Below, piece after piece: positions 17,163 through 26,221 of a stretch of 32,000 nucleotides of DNA. The stretch covers positions 15,720 to 47,719 of the forward strand of contig CAKUIA010000019.1 of assembly GCA_934660865.1 (NCBI GenBank), read 5' to 3'. Under the pieces are notes generated by a model, which had not been told where the DNA came from, did no database searches, and was given only the letters and a program-made list of their open reading frames with translations. Numbering within the stretch: the first letter of the stretch is position 1; each line of letters begins with the position of its first letter. The position numbers and the translations under genes are program-made. The DNA is from an uncultured Opitutales bacterium (lineage in GTDB: Bacteria; Verrucomicrobiota; Verrucomicrobiia; Opitutales; Intestinicryptomonadaceae).

Positions 17163-17582
17163 CTACTTAACCTCCGTGTCGAGATTCAGTTTTTTTAGGT
17201 TGTGCTTTTTTATTGCGCTAATTACGTCCATAACCTTTTGGTACGGAAGTTTGCCGTCGCCCCTAAGGGTTATGGGGCTGGGCTCGGGCTCCAGCGAAAG
17301 TTTGCGCAAATATATGTTAAGCTGCTCTAGCGAAACCTTTTCGTCGCCCCAGTAGATATTTTCCTTTGCGTCTATGTTTATAACCTGAAACTTCACCTTG
17401 TCGTCGCGAGTAGAGTTGGGCATTTTTTCCTGCGTGGGCAGCTTAAGCTCTACGGTTTGCTCTAAAAGGGGCGTTGTAACCATGAAAATAATCAGCAACG
17501 AAAACGCCAAGTCCATAAGCGGCGTTATGTTAAGCTCGGTTAAAGCCCCAAGCGACTCTTTTCTTTTAAAGGTTCTCGCCAT
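17163..17582 (-). CDS. exbD: Biopolymer transport protein ExbD/TolR
   Basis: 139-aa ORF. LNITPLMDLAFSLLIIFMV is the ExbD/TolR TM signature including the conserved Asp. A periplasmic domain follows. Confidence 0.9.
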   Translation of the reverse strand: MARTFKRKESLGALTELNITPLMDLAFSLLIIFMVTTPLLEQTVELKLPTQEKMPNSTRDDKVKFQVINIDAKENIYWGDEKVSLEQLNIYLRKLSLEPEPSPITLRGDGKLPYQKVMDVISAIKKHNLKKLNLDTEVK

Positions 17583-17585
17583 ATT

Positions 17586-18665
17586 TTAATCCTCGAAGCT
17601 TCTTGGAGGAACGGGGCCTGAATTTTCGTCGGCGGCAAAATCGAAAACGTTTTGCGGCGGCGTTTGCTCTTTTGCAGGTTGCGCGCCAAAATTGGGCATT
17701 GCCGCCTGTTGCATATTTTGCCGGGAATTTTGCTGTATGCCCTGCGATATGTTTTGGGGAACGCTTTGGCGCACAACATCTTGCGGCTGGGCAAACTGCT
17801 GTTGGTATTGCGGCGCATATTGCGGTTGCGCAGGTTGCGGTTTTGCAAAGCCTCCCTGCTGTTGGGCGGCCGCAAACTGCCTTTCGCCTACGTTATACGG
17901 ATTGCTTTTCGGCGCCATCTGCGAGGCGTGGGCTGCCCTTCTTTTAAGCATATCGCGCATGCGGCTTTCAAGCTCTATTTTGTCGGCAAGCGAGCTGGCA
18001 AAATTTTCCAAATCGTTTACCATGCTCTTCGAGCGGCTAAGCAAATAGTTGTAGCCGAAAACCGAAGGTATTGCAACAATCAGACCGGCAATGGTTGTAA
18101 GCAAAGCGCCCGAAACGCCAGGGGCCAACTGCTGCAGCGTTGCGCTTGCCTGAAGGCTCATAGAGCCAAAGCTGTCCATAACGCCCCAAACCGTGCCCAA
18201 CAAACCCAAAAACGGCGCACCGCTAATAATAGAGCCCAGCATAACCATCTTTTTTTCGTAGCGCATTGTCTGCACCGAAACGGCTCTTTGCAGGGCGTTT
18301 TCAACCATTCCCATTCTCAAAGTAAGGTTTTGCTCGCCCAAATCGCCGCCGTCGTACCTGCTCCATGCGCCTACAGCCTCCTTAAGCAAAGCGGCATAGG
18401 GGCCCGAAACGGTTTTGCCGAAATTTACAACCGCGTCTATAACCGACTTGCTTGCCTGCAACTTGCGCTCGGTAGACATATTTTCGTCGGCCATGGTCTT
18501 TAAATCCATATACTTGCCTATCATTATAGACCACGCCCAAACGCTGAAAATCATCAGCAAATATATAATGGCTTTGCCGGCTGCGTTCGAGTCGGAAAAA
18601 TAAGTGAAAATGCCCGGTTGTGCGGCGGCTTGCGCCAGCAAATTGTATGTAAAAAGTGTGAACAT
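17586..18665 (-). CDS. exbB: MotA/TolQ/ExbB proton-channel protein with a ~120-aa Gln/Pro-rich C-terminal tail
   Basis: 359-aa ORF. The ExbB core spans about residues 30-235 (GAPFLGLLGTVWGVMDSF, ALLTTIAGLIVAIPSVFGYNYL). Residues 241-359 are low-complexity and Q/P-rich. Confidence 0.9.
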   Translation of the reverse strand: MFTLFTYNLLAQAAAQPGIFTYFSDSNAAGKAIIYLLMIFSVWAWSIMIGKYMDLKTMADENMSTERKLQASKSVIDAVVNFGKTVSGPYAALLKEAVGAWSRYDGGDLGEQNLTLRMGMVENALQRAVSVQTMRYEKKMVMLGSIISGAPFLGLLGTVWGVMDSFGSMSLQASATLQQLAPGVSGALLTTIAGLIVAIPSVFGYNYLLSRSKSMVNDLENFASSLADKIELESRMRDMLKRRAAHASQMAPKSNPYNVGERQFAAAQQQGGFAKPQPAQPQYAPQYQQQFAQPQDVVRQSVPQNISQGIQQNSRQNMQQAAMPNFGAQPAKEQTPPQNVFDFAADENSGPVPPRSFED

Positions 18666-18843
18666 ATATAAAAATAAATTGACCTTTTAGAATATTTCCC
18701 TTTTGTCGGCAAAAATCGAGAAAATTTTTGATTAAATTTTCCGAAATTGCAAGGTTTTGATTGGCACAAAGTTGCGATTGCAACCCCCTCCCGCTTAAAA
18801 TGCGCAAAAGCGGTTTCTTTGTAAAATAAAAAAGGCGCAAAGT

Positions 18844-19590
18844 TTAGCGCTTGGCCTTTGCCCTAATCGCGTTTAGCTGCTCTGCCAAAGATTTGTAAAT
18901 GGGCGAGTCTTTTTCGGCCCGCAATATAAGCCCGTTTAAAATCGCCTCGGCCTTTGGCATATTGCCGTTTTTTGCGTACAATTCGGCAAGGGCGCGTTTT
19001 GGAAAAACCATGGTTTTATCCGTCAAAACCGCTCTTTCGTAGCAGTCTATGGCCGCGTTTAAGTCGCCCAGCTTTTTTTCGTACAATTCGGCAAGCTGTA
19101 TAAGCAATGCCCTGTTTTCGGGAAAGCGCAACAATGCCTTTTTTAGATACGCAACACCCCTTTTTGCCTGTATGCGCTCTATCCTTTTAAACTCGGCGCT
19201 TTGCGGGGCAACGCCTTTTTCGCGCGCAATCCAATAGGGCATATCGTAGGCTGTAATTGCCGAAGCCATACTCCAAAAGCTTTTCATATTCGGGTTTAAC
19301 GCCAAAGCCAATTCCATATTCGCCGCGCACCCGGCGGCATTGCCCATTTCCCAGTCGCCGTACGAGGCAATCCAGACAAAGTCGGCAAGAACCGCGCCAT
19401 AGCCGCTTAGCACGCCGAAAAGCATTGTGCCCGAACTTTTCACCGCGCTTTTTTCGGCAACAGCGCAGTCTTTAAATATGCCAGATTTTTGCCGCGCAAA
19501 ATCGAAAATTCCGCCCGCAATGTAGAGGACAAGCGCAAACGCAAAATACGGCAGCGCCGTTTTTTTAAAACTCTCTGTGCGACAACGCAT
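18844..19590 (-). CDS. Membrane-anchored TPR-repeat protein
   Basis: N-terminal hydrophobic segments (ALPYFAFALVLYIAGGIF, MLFGVLSGYGAVLADFVWIA) are followed by TPR-like helical repeats (AELYEKKLGDLNAAIDCYERAV; AELYAKNGNMPKAEAIL). The start is uncertain: ATG 19590 is preferred, with ATG 19632 or GTG 19656 possible. All three overlap the upstream permease gene. Confidence 0.68.
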   Translation of the reverse strand: MRCRTESFKKTALPYFAFALVLYIAGGIFDFARQKSGIFKDCAVAEKSAVKSSGTMLFGVLSGYGAVLADFVWIASYGDWEMGNAAGCAANMELALALNPNMKSFWSMASAITAYDMPYWIAREKGVAPQSAEFKRIERIQAKRGVAYLKKALLRFPENRALLIQLAELYEKKLGDLNAAIDCYERAVLTDKTMVFPKRALAELYAKNGNMPKAEAILNGLILRAEKDSPIYKSLAEQLNAIRAKAKR

Positions 19591-20356
19591 AGGCCGAAAT
19601 TGCGCCGAAAACGGCAATGTAGATTGCGCCATAGCCGAGCATAAATGGCATTGCACCCCAGTTTATGCCGCCAAATAAAAAGCTTCTGGAAACGTCGAAA
19701 AGCGAAAGGTCGGGGAAAGCCGCCAAAGCCGCCTTTAGCGCAATGTTGTCGAGAAGGGCAACCGAACCTTTAAGCAGGCAAACCGCATACGCGCAAAACG
19801 ACATTACCATTGAAAACATAAGGCTTTTAGACAGCACCGCCAACAGCCCCGCCATTGCGCAAACCGTGCACAATTTCACCCACTGGGCAAAGAAATACAC
19901 AAAAAGCCCGCAAACGTTAAGCTGCAGTTTGCCGCCGCTTAAAAGCTCGGCGGGAATGTTTTTAAGCGATTGTTGCGCATACAGCAATTCGGCGCACGAA
20001 ACCAGCGAGATTATAAAAAGGTATACGCCTATCAAAAAAGCCGCCCCCGCAAATTTGCCGAAAATAAACTGCGCATACGAAACGGGTTTCGAAATAATCA
20101 TATAAACGCTTTTAGTGTCGAATTCGGAATACAGCGACTGGCATATAACCAATATGGAAATAATCGCGCCGAAAAACCCCGCCGCGCCGTCGGCAAAATC
20201 GGCGATAAAGCGCATTTTGCCCTCGCCCAAATCTATGTTCGACATATAAAACGAAAGCGCCGTCAGCAACACCGCAACAAACGCAAACAACAGCAAAATT
20301 TTCTGCCTTATTGCGTCTTTAAACGAATTTTCGGCTATGGCAAAAATCTTGTTCAT
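19565..20356 (-). CDS. ABC-2 type transporter permease
   Basis: 263-aa ORF with six hydrophobic segments. The N-terminal AIAENSFKDAIRQKILLLF is typical of the ABC-2/NosY-like permease family. Its start overlaps the ATPase stop (ATGA). Confidence 0.8.
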   Translation of the reverse strand: MNKIFAIAENSFKDAIRQKILLLFAFVAVLLTALSFYMSNIDLGEGKMRFIADFADGAAGFFGAIISILVICQSLYSEFDTKSVYMIISKPVSYAQFIFGKFAGAAFLIGVYLFIISLVSCAELLYAQQSLKNIPAELLSGGKLQLNVCGLFVYFFAQWVKLCTVCAMAGLLAVLSKSLMFSMVMSFCAYAVCLLKGSVALLDNIALKAALAAFPDLSLFDVSRSFLFGGINWGAMPFMLGYGAIYIAVFGAISAYALSHREF

Positions 20357-21186
20357 TGGCGCGAAACCCTTTCAAAATAAGTGTCCAAACTTTCGCGCGA
20401 CTCGCCGAAATCGGCTATCTTGCAGCCCTGCCTTTCGGCGAAGTCTCTAACGCAAAGGGCCGTTTCTTTCGGAGTGTCGCACATTTGCAAAGTGTAGGCG
20501 TTTTCGCGCTTTAGCAATTCGCTTAAAGTGCCCTTTGCCCTTACCTGCGACTTTGCCATTAAAACCACGCCGTCGCACAGTTTTTCCACATCGCCCATTT
20601 GGTGCGAGCTAAGCAGCACGGTTTTGCCCGAATCGCGCAAATCCAATATAATGCGGCGCATGTCGGCAGCCCCTATTGGGTCCAAGCCCGAAGCGGGTTC
20701 GTCCAGCACAACCAGGCGCGGCGAATGTATTATGGCCTGCGCTATTGCAACCCTTTGCAGCATGCCCTTCGAATATTCCCTAAGCGGGCGGTTTGCGTCG
20801 TTTGCAAGGCCTACTTTGTCGAGAATTTCAACCGCTTTTTGCGCGGCTTTCGACTTCGAAATTCCGCAAAGTTTTGCGTAAAAAAGCAGCGTTTCGTATG
20901 CGTTTAAGAATCCGTAAAACGAAAGCGTTTCGGGCAGATAGCCCATAAGCGACTTGTTTTTTTGCGTAAGCGGCTCGCCGAAAATTTTAAAAGAGCCGCC
21001 GCTTTTGCGTATAAGCCCCGTCAGGATTTTTATGGTGGTGCTTTTGCCCGCGCCGTTTGCGCCTATTATGCCGAAAATCGAATTTTCGGGAACCGAAAAC
21101 GTTGCGTCTTTAAGCGCGCATATCAAGCGCCCCCTTATCCGCGAACGGTAGTATTTGCTTAGGTTTTCGACGTCTACGGCGTTCAT
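20353..21186 (-). CDS. ABC transporter ATP-binding protein
   Basis: 277-aa ORF with Walker A GANGAGKSTT, signature-like YSKGMLQRVAIAQA, Walker B LVVLDEP and the H-loop SSHQM. Confidence 0.93.
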   Translation of the reverse strand: MNAVDVENLSKYYRSRIRGRLICALKDATFSVPENSIFGIIGANGAGKSTTIKILTGLIRKSGGSFKIFGEPLTQKNKSLMGYLPETLSFYGFLNAYETLLFYAKLCGISKSKAAQKAVEILDKVGLANDANRPLREYSKGMLQRVAIAQAIIHSPRLVVLDEPASGLDPIGAADMRRIILDLRDSGKTVLLSSHQMGDVEKLCDGVVLMAKSQVRAKGTLSELLKRENAYTLQMCDTPKETALCVRDFAERQGCKIADFGESRESLDTYFERVSRQ

Positions 21187-21476
21187 CTTATGTCGAATGA
21201 TTTATAGGGGTTTTCGCCGAAGCCGTCGCTTTCGTCGGCATTGCGGATAAAGGGCGACAGCGATTTTTTTACCTCGGCTACAAAAGCCTGCACTTCGCTT
21301 TTTTTGCCTGCAGCCGCCAAGCGCACCGAGCCGTCGGGCAGATTCTGCACAAAACCCGAAACTTCGAAACTAGCAGCTATCCTAAAGCATTTAAACCTAA
21401 AGCCCACGCCCTGAACGTGTCCCGTAAAAATTATGTCGGCAATATACGCGCCGTTTTCGTTGGCATTTGTGTCCAT
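21183..21476 (-). CDS. acyP: Acylphosphatase
   Basis: 97-aa ORF with the phosphate-binding loop GHVQGVGFRF and a downstream GFVQNLPDGSV motif. Its stop overlaps the ABC ATPase start (ATGA). Confidence 0.87.
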   Translation of the reverse strand: MDTNANENGAYIADIIFTGHVQGVGFRFKCFRIAASFEVSGFVQNLPDGSVRLAAAGKKSEVQAFVAEVKKSLSPFIRNADESDGFGENPYKSFDIR

Positions 21477-21623
21477 ATCGTTTATATTTTATCGGCAGTA
21501 AACAGCCAAAAAGCCGCGTTAGCAACAATAAAGTGTTTTGCCGCACCTTCAAAGGCCAAACTATATGCGCAAAAGGCTCAATTTTTTGTTGAAGATAAAA
21601 TCCGCATAGTCTTAAATAGAGAG

Positions 21624-24600
21624 ATGATTAGAAGAATTTTTGTAGAACCCAAAGACGAATTTGCCAACGGCGCAAAAGCGTGTCTGGAAGACCTTAAAAA
21701 CTCGTTGAACCTTAAAAATCTCGAAAACGCGAGAATTTTGCAAAGATACGACATTCAGGATTTGGACGACGCCGACTACGACAACGCAAAATACACAATC
21801 TTTTGCGAAGCGCCCGTAGAAACTTTGTACGAAGAAACTTTCCCTCTTGCCGGCGACGAAATTTCGTTTGCGGTAGAATATCTGCCAGGGCAATTCGACC
21901 AGCGCGCCGACTCGGCCGAACAGTGCCTACAGCTTATGGCCAAAAAGCGCAAGAAAATCGCGTGCGCTACCGTTTACGTGCTAAAGGGCAAGCTTGGCGA
22001 AAGCGATTTGACCGCGGTTAAAAAATATCTGGTAAACGCGGTAGACAGCCGCATTGCGGCCGACAAAAAACCCGAAACTTTAAACATTGCGGCAAAAGTT
22101 CCCGCCGACGTAAAGATTGTGGAAAACTTCATAACAATGTCGCCAAGCGAAATTGCCGACTTGCACAAATCGCTTTCGCTTGCAATGAGCGTTGCCGACC
22201 TAAGTTTTTGCCAGCAGTATTTTGCGCAAACCGAAAAGCGCAACCCGACAATTACCGAAATAAGGGTGCTGGACACCTATTGGAGCGACCACTGCCGCCA
22301 CACCACATTTTTAACGCATTTAAAAAACGTTTCCTTCGAAAACGGCGAAGTTTGCGACCAAATAAAGGACGAATGGAACAAATACCTGCAATACCGCAAA
22401 GACCTTAACCTTGAGGCCAAGGGCAAGCACATTTGCCTTATGGACATTGCCCTTGTAGGCATGCGCGTTCTAAAGAAGGCGGGCAAGCTAAACGACCTTG
22501 AAGAAAGCGACGAAATCAACGCGGCCAGCATAGTAGTTCCCGTAGAAATAGACGGCAAAACCGAGGAGTGGCTTGTGATGTTCAAGAACGAAACGCACAA
22601 CCACCCGACGGAAATTGAACCTTTCGGCGGGGCTGCAACATGCCTTGGCGGCGCCATAAGAGACCCCCTTTCGGGACGCAGCTACGTGTACCAGGCAATG
22701 CGCGTTACAGGAGCCGGCGACCCGCGCAAAACCCTTGCCGAAACACTGCCCGGCAAACTGCAGCAGCGCAAAATCTGCAAAACCGCGGCAAAGGGTTATA
22801 GCAGCTACGGCAACCAGATAGGCTTGGCAACGGGCCAGGTTTCCGAAGTTTACCACCCCGGCTACGTGGCCAAAAGGCTTGAAATAGGCGCGGTTGTAGC
22901 GGCGGCCCCGCGCAGCCAGGTTATAAGGGGCGTACCCGAAAAGGGCGACTATATCCTTCTTGTAGGCGGAGCTACCGGCAGAGACGGCATAGGAGGGGCA
23001 ACGGGCTCTTCCAAAGACCATACCGAAAAAGCTCTCGAAAATTCCGCCGAGGTGCAAAAAGGCGACGCCCCCATGGAGCGCAAACTTCAAAGGCTTTTCC
23101 GCAACAAAGAGGCAAGCCGCCTTATTAAAAGGTGCAACGACTTCGGCGCGGGCGGCGTTTCGGTTGCAATAGGCGAACTTGCGCCCTCGCTGGAAATAGA
23201 TTTGGACAAAGTTACAAAAAAATACGAAGGCCTGGACGGCACGGAACTTGCAATTTCCGAATCGCAGGAAAGAATGGCCGTTGTTGTTTCGCCAAAAGAC
23301 GCGCAAAAATACATAGACTTTGCCGAAACCGAAAACCTTACCTGCAAACACGTTGCAACGGTAACCGACACGGGCTACCTTGTTATGAAATGGCGCGGCA
23401 AAACCATTGTAAATCTTTCGAGAAAGTTTTTGGATACAAACGGCACCGTTGCCGAAGCCTCGGCAAAAGTTTGCGAGCCTAGGGGCGAAAACCCGCTCTT
23501 GAAAGACAACGGCAAAAACACGGCGCAAAAATGGCTGGACACTGTTGCAGACCTTAACGTTTGCTCGCAAAAGGGTCTTATAGAAATGTTCGACTCTTCC
23601 ATAGGCGCCTCGGCCGTGCTGCACCCCTTCGGCGGCAAATACCTAAATTCGCCCGCCGACAGCATGTGCTCTAAAATTTCAACCGAAAAGGGCGACACTA
23701 AAAAATCCACAATATTTTCGTGGGGCTTTAACCCCTATGTTGCGGCATACAGCCCCTACCACGGCGCAATTTGCGCGATATGCGAGTCTTTCGCAAAAAT
23801 CGCGGCAACGGGCGGCGACACAACAAAAATATACCTAACGCTTCAGGAATATTTTGAAAAGCTAAGAACAAACCCCGAAAGATGGGGCAAGCCGCTTGCG
23901 GCATTGTTGGGCGCGCTAAAGGCGCAAATAGAGCTTAAGGCGGCGGCCATTGGCGGCAAAGACTCTATGAGCGGCAGCTTTAACGATTTGGACGTGCCCC
24001 CCACCCTTGTAAGCTTTGCAATTACAACCGAAAATGCCGACAACATTGTCTCGCCAGAATTTAAAAAGGCGGGCAACACTGTGGCTTTTGTCGAAATCGA
24101 AAAGGACAAATTGGGCTTGCCGAAGTTTGCCGATATGGCGGAAAAATACGCCCTTATAAGAAAGGCGGTTTTGGCGAAAAAAGTTGCATCTATGCGCCCC
24201 GTACGCGCGGGCGGCCTGGCCGAAGCCATAACAAAGTCGTGCCTGGGCAACAACTTGGGATTTGAATTTGCAAAAGAATTTAAAGGCTCGCACTTCGACC
24301 TAAGCTACGGCTCTATTATTGTAGAGCTTAGCGACGAAAGCGAACTGCAAAAGCTTAACGCAAAAAAGCTGGGCACCGTTAAAGACGACGCAAAAATACG
24401 CTTCGACGACACGGTTTTGGATTTAAAAGACCTGCAAAACGCCTGGGAAAACACGCTGGAAAGCGTATATCCTACAAAGGCAAAAGACGCCTCGGGCGAG
24501 CTTAAAACCGTAAGCTATGCCGAAAAATCGCCCATTGTAGCCGCAAGCAAAGTGGCGCGCCCGAGGGTGTTCATACCCGTTTTCCCCGGCACTAACTGCG

Positions 24601-25355
24601 AATACGACTCGGCCAAAGCCTTCGAAGAAGCGGGGGCCGTTGCCGACATATTCGTATTTAAAAACCGCAGCGACGCCGACATTGCAGCCTCGGTAGACGA
24701 AATGGCGCGCCGCATAAAGAACAGCCAAATTGTTATGTTCCCCGGCGGCTTTAGCGCAGGCGACGAACCTGCGGGCTCGGGCAAATTCATTGCCGCAATT
24801 TTCAGAAACAGGCTTTTAACCGACGCCATTAACAGCCATATCAAGGAAAGGAAAAACTTGGTATTGGGCATATGCAACGGTTTTCAGGCTCTGATAAAAT
24901 TGGGCTTAGTTCCCTTCGGCGAAGTTCGCCCCCTAACCGAAAATTCGCCCACGCTAACCTACAACAACATTTCGCGCCACATAAGCTGCTATGCAACAAC
25001 AAGGGTTGCAAGCAAGCTTTCGCCGTGGTTTGCCGATTGCGAATTGGGCGAGGAGTTTTCCATTCCCCTTTCGCACGGCGAAGGCAAGTTTGTTGCAAAG
25101 CCCGAAGTTTTGCAAACCCTGATAAATAACGGGCAGGTTGCAACGCAGTATGTAGACTTTTCGGGCAACGCGCGCGCCGACATTCCCTTTAACCCCAACG
25201 GCTCGCTGTGCGCAATAGAGGGCATAACAAGCCCATGCGGTTTGGTGCTGGGCAAAATGGGGCACTCAGAACGCCGCGGCAAATATGTGGGCATAAACGT
25301 ATCGGGCGAAAAATTCCAGCCGCTATTTTCTGCTGGCGTAAAATATTTCGCATAA
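21624..25355 (+). CDS. purL: Phosphoribosylformylglycinamidine (FGAM) synthase, single-chain large form
   Basis: About 1243 aa from the ATG at 21624 (MIRRIFVEPKDEF...). It has AIR-synthase-like repeats (NHPTEIEPFGGAATCLGGAIRDP) and a C-terminal glutaminase with the nucleophile GICNGFQAL and SHGEGKF. The track ORF start at 21417 adds 69 codons that overlap the divergent acyP. Confidence 0.95.
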   Translation: MIRRIFVEPKDEFANGAKACLEDLKNSLNLKNLENARILQRYDIQDLDDADYDNAKYTIFCEAPVETLYEETFPLAGDEISFAVEYLPGQFDQRADSAEQCLQLMAKKRKKIACATVYVLKGKLGESDLTAVKKYLVNAVDSRIAADKKPETLNIAAKVPADVKIVENFITMSPSEIADLHKSLSLAMSVADLSFCQQYFAQTEKRNPTITEIRVLDTYWSDHCRHTTFLTHLKNVSFENGEVCDQIKDEWNKYLQYRKDLNLEAKGKHICLMDIALVGMRVLKKAGKLNDLEESDEINAASIVVPVEIDGKTEEWLVMFKNETHNHPTEIEPFGGAATCLGGAIRDPLSGRSYVYQAMRVTGAGDPRKTLAETLPGKLQQRKICKTAAKGYSSYGNQIGLATGQVSEVYHPGYVAKRLEIGAVVAAAPRSQVIRGVPEKGDYILLVGGATGRDGIGGATGSSKDHTEKALENSAEVQKGDAPMERKLQRLFRNKEASRLIKRCNDFGAGGVSVAIGELAPSLEIDLDKVTKKYEGLDGTELAISESQERMAVVVSPKDAQKYIDFAETENLTCKHVATVTDTGYLVMKWRGKTIVNLSRKFLDTNGTVAEASAKVCEPRGENPLLKDNGKNTAQKWLDTVADLNVCSQKGLIEMFDSSIGASAVLHPFGGKYLNSPADSMCSKISTEKGDTKKSTIFSWGFNPYVAAYSPYHGAICAICESFAKIAATGGDTTKIYLTLQEYFEKLRTNPERWGKPLAALLGALKAQIELKAAAIGGKDSMSGSFNDLDVPPTLVSFAITTENADNIVSPEFKKAGNTVAFVEIEKDKLGLPKFADMAEKYALIRKAVLAKKVASMRPVRAGGLAEAITKSCLGNNLGFEFAKEFKGSHFDLSYGSIIVELSDESELQKLNAKKLGTVKDDAKIRFDDTVLDLKDLQNAWENTLESVYPTKAKDASGELKTVSYAEKSPIVAASKVARPRVFIPVFPGTNCEYDSAKAFEEAGAVADIFVFKNRSDADIAASVDEMARRIKNSQIVMFPGGFSAGDEPAGSGKFIAAIFRNRLLTDAINSHIKERKNLVLGICNGFQALIKLGLVPFGEVRPLTENSPTLTYNNISRHISCYATTRVASKLSPWFADCELGEEFSIPLSHGEGKFVAKPEVLQTLINNGQVATQYVDFSGNARADIPFNPNGSLCAIEGITSPCGLVLGKMGHSERRGKYVGINVSGEKFQPLFSAGVKYFA

Positions 25356-25381
25356 AAAGCCATTTAAACCGAAAAGCAAAA

Positions 25382-25408
25382 GCGCAGCCCATTTGGTTGC
25401 GCTTTTTT
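25382..25408 (+). terminator. Rho-independent terminator of purL
   Basis: An 8-bp stem GCGCAGCC / GGTTGCGC (one G-U pair) with a 5-nt loop, followed by TTTTTT. It lies 27 nt after the purL stop. Confidence 0.8.
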
Positions 25409-25673
25409 GTGTCATTGCGCTTTTTGCATTTTTGCCGCGCAAAAATAAACCTTGCGCCAAAACGGCAATGCAAATGCTAAACCGCCCTTTTGCAGCAAAG
25501 CTTTTTTTAAAGTTTGCCGAACGCATTTTATCTTCACAATACCGCGCAAACAGTTATGCGAAAAAGCGGCAAAAAACTTGGGCAGCCGCAACAGCGCAAA
25601 AAGGCGGCAAAAAGCCCTGCGGCTATAAATAAAAAACAGCTGCACACGGCAAGCGCCGCAGCAAATATGCGCA

Positions 25674-25731
25674 ACAAAAAAAAGAAAAGGCGCAAAGCCG
25701 ATACAGTGGTAAAATAATCGTGCTTTGCGCC
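25674..25731 (-). terminator. Rho-independent terminator downstream of rplM-rpsI
   Basis: On the minus strand: a 10-bp stem GGCGCAAAGC / GCTTTGCGCC with a 23-nt loop, followed by TTTTCTTTTTTTTG. It lies about 80 nt after the rpsI stop. Confidence 0.72.
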
Positions 25732-25812
25732 TATAATGATTTTTAAACTACAAATGAAATTATGCGCTTTGGCATTGAGAAGGCTACCAAAGTGCAAAAT
25801 GAAAATATCGAA

Positions 25813-26208
25813 TTAACGTTTCGAGAATTGGAAACGCTTACGAGCACCGGGCTGACCGGACTTCTTACGTTCCTTGGCGCGGCCGTCGCGGGTAATCAAA
25901 CCTGCGGCTTTCAAAGCCTGACGCAGCGAAGCGTCCATCTTTTCGAGAGCTCTTGCCAAGCCGTGGCTTATTGCGCCTGCCTGACCCATTGCGCCGCCGC
26001 CGTTAACTTTAATGTTGGCGTCTACCGAAGAGGATTTGTCGGCAACAACCAAGGGGCGTGTGGCCAACATAAGCAACTTTTCGGTGTAGCAATATTCGTT
26101 GATGGGCTTTCCGTTTACCTTGATTTCGCCTTTGCCGTCGGAAAGGGCAACACGGGCTACAGAGGTCTTACGGCGTCCTACGCTTACAAATTCCTGTTTT
26201 TTTGCCAT
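25813..26208 (-). CDS. rpsI: 30S ribosomal protein S9
   Basis: 131-aa ORF with GGGAMGQAGAISHGLARAL and the C-terminal ARKRFQFSKR. Confidence 0.97.
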   Translation of the reverse strand: MAKKQEFVSVGRRKTSVARVALSDGKGEIKVNGKPINEYCYTEKLLMLATRPLVVADKSSSVDANIKVNGGGAMGQAGAISHGLARALEKMDASLRQALKAAGLITRDGRAKERKKSGQPGARKRFQFSKR

Positions 26209-26221
26209 GGTAATTTAAGAG

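Noticed and set aside
21417-21623. A 69-codon N-terminal extension of purL in the ORF track
   Set aside because: It overlaps the divergent acyP start and promoter region. FGAM synthases of this type begin at a motif like MIRRIFVEPK, found here at 21624.
21477-21623. Possible purine or ZTP riboswitch upstream of purL
   Set aside because: I could not find the conserved cores of either class or a leader long enough to hold one. The best promoter candidate ends 6 nt before the ATG. An Infernal scan would settle it.
22488-23624. A 378-aa minus-strand ORF inside purL
   Set aside because: This is a shadow ORF antisense to a strongly supported purL frame. Its composition is Arg/Phe/Ala-rich with no motifs. 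Long antisense ORFs recur across this window (17652-18503 in exbB, 15381-16196 in elbB, 8722-9348 and 8874-9440 in recQ, 2137-2796 in the MFS gene). They look like a by-product of codon bias, not overlapping genes.
25409-25700. Recurring GCGCAAAA / GCGGCAAAAA motifs (about 7 in 300 bp), considered as a possible repeat array
   Set aside because: Spacing is irregular and there are no unit boundaries. The same oligomers are common throughout coding regions of this window, so this is a genome-wide oligonucleotide bias. It is not CRISPR-like.
25514-25717. A 67-aa very basic ORF (TTG start) and other 77-94-aa ORFs in the purL-rpsI spacer
   Set aside because: It has no Shine-Dalgarno and a non-ATG start, and it runs through the rpsI terminator hairpin. 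Its basic composition follows from the A-rich sequence. It is treated as non-coding.
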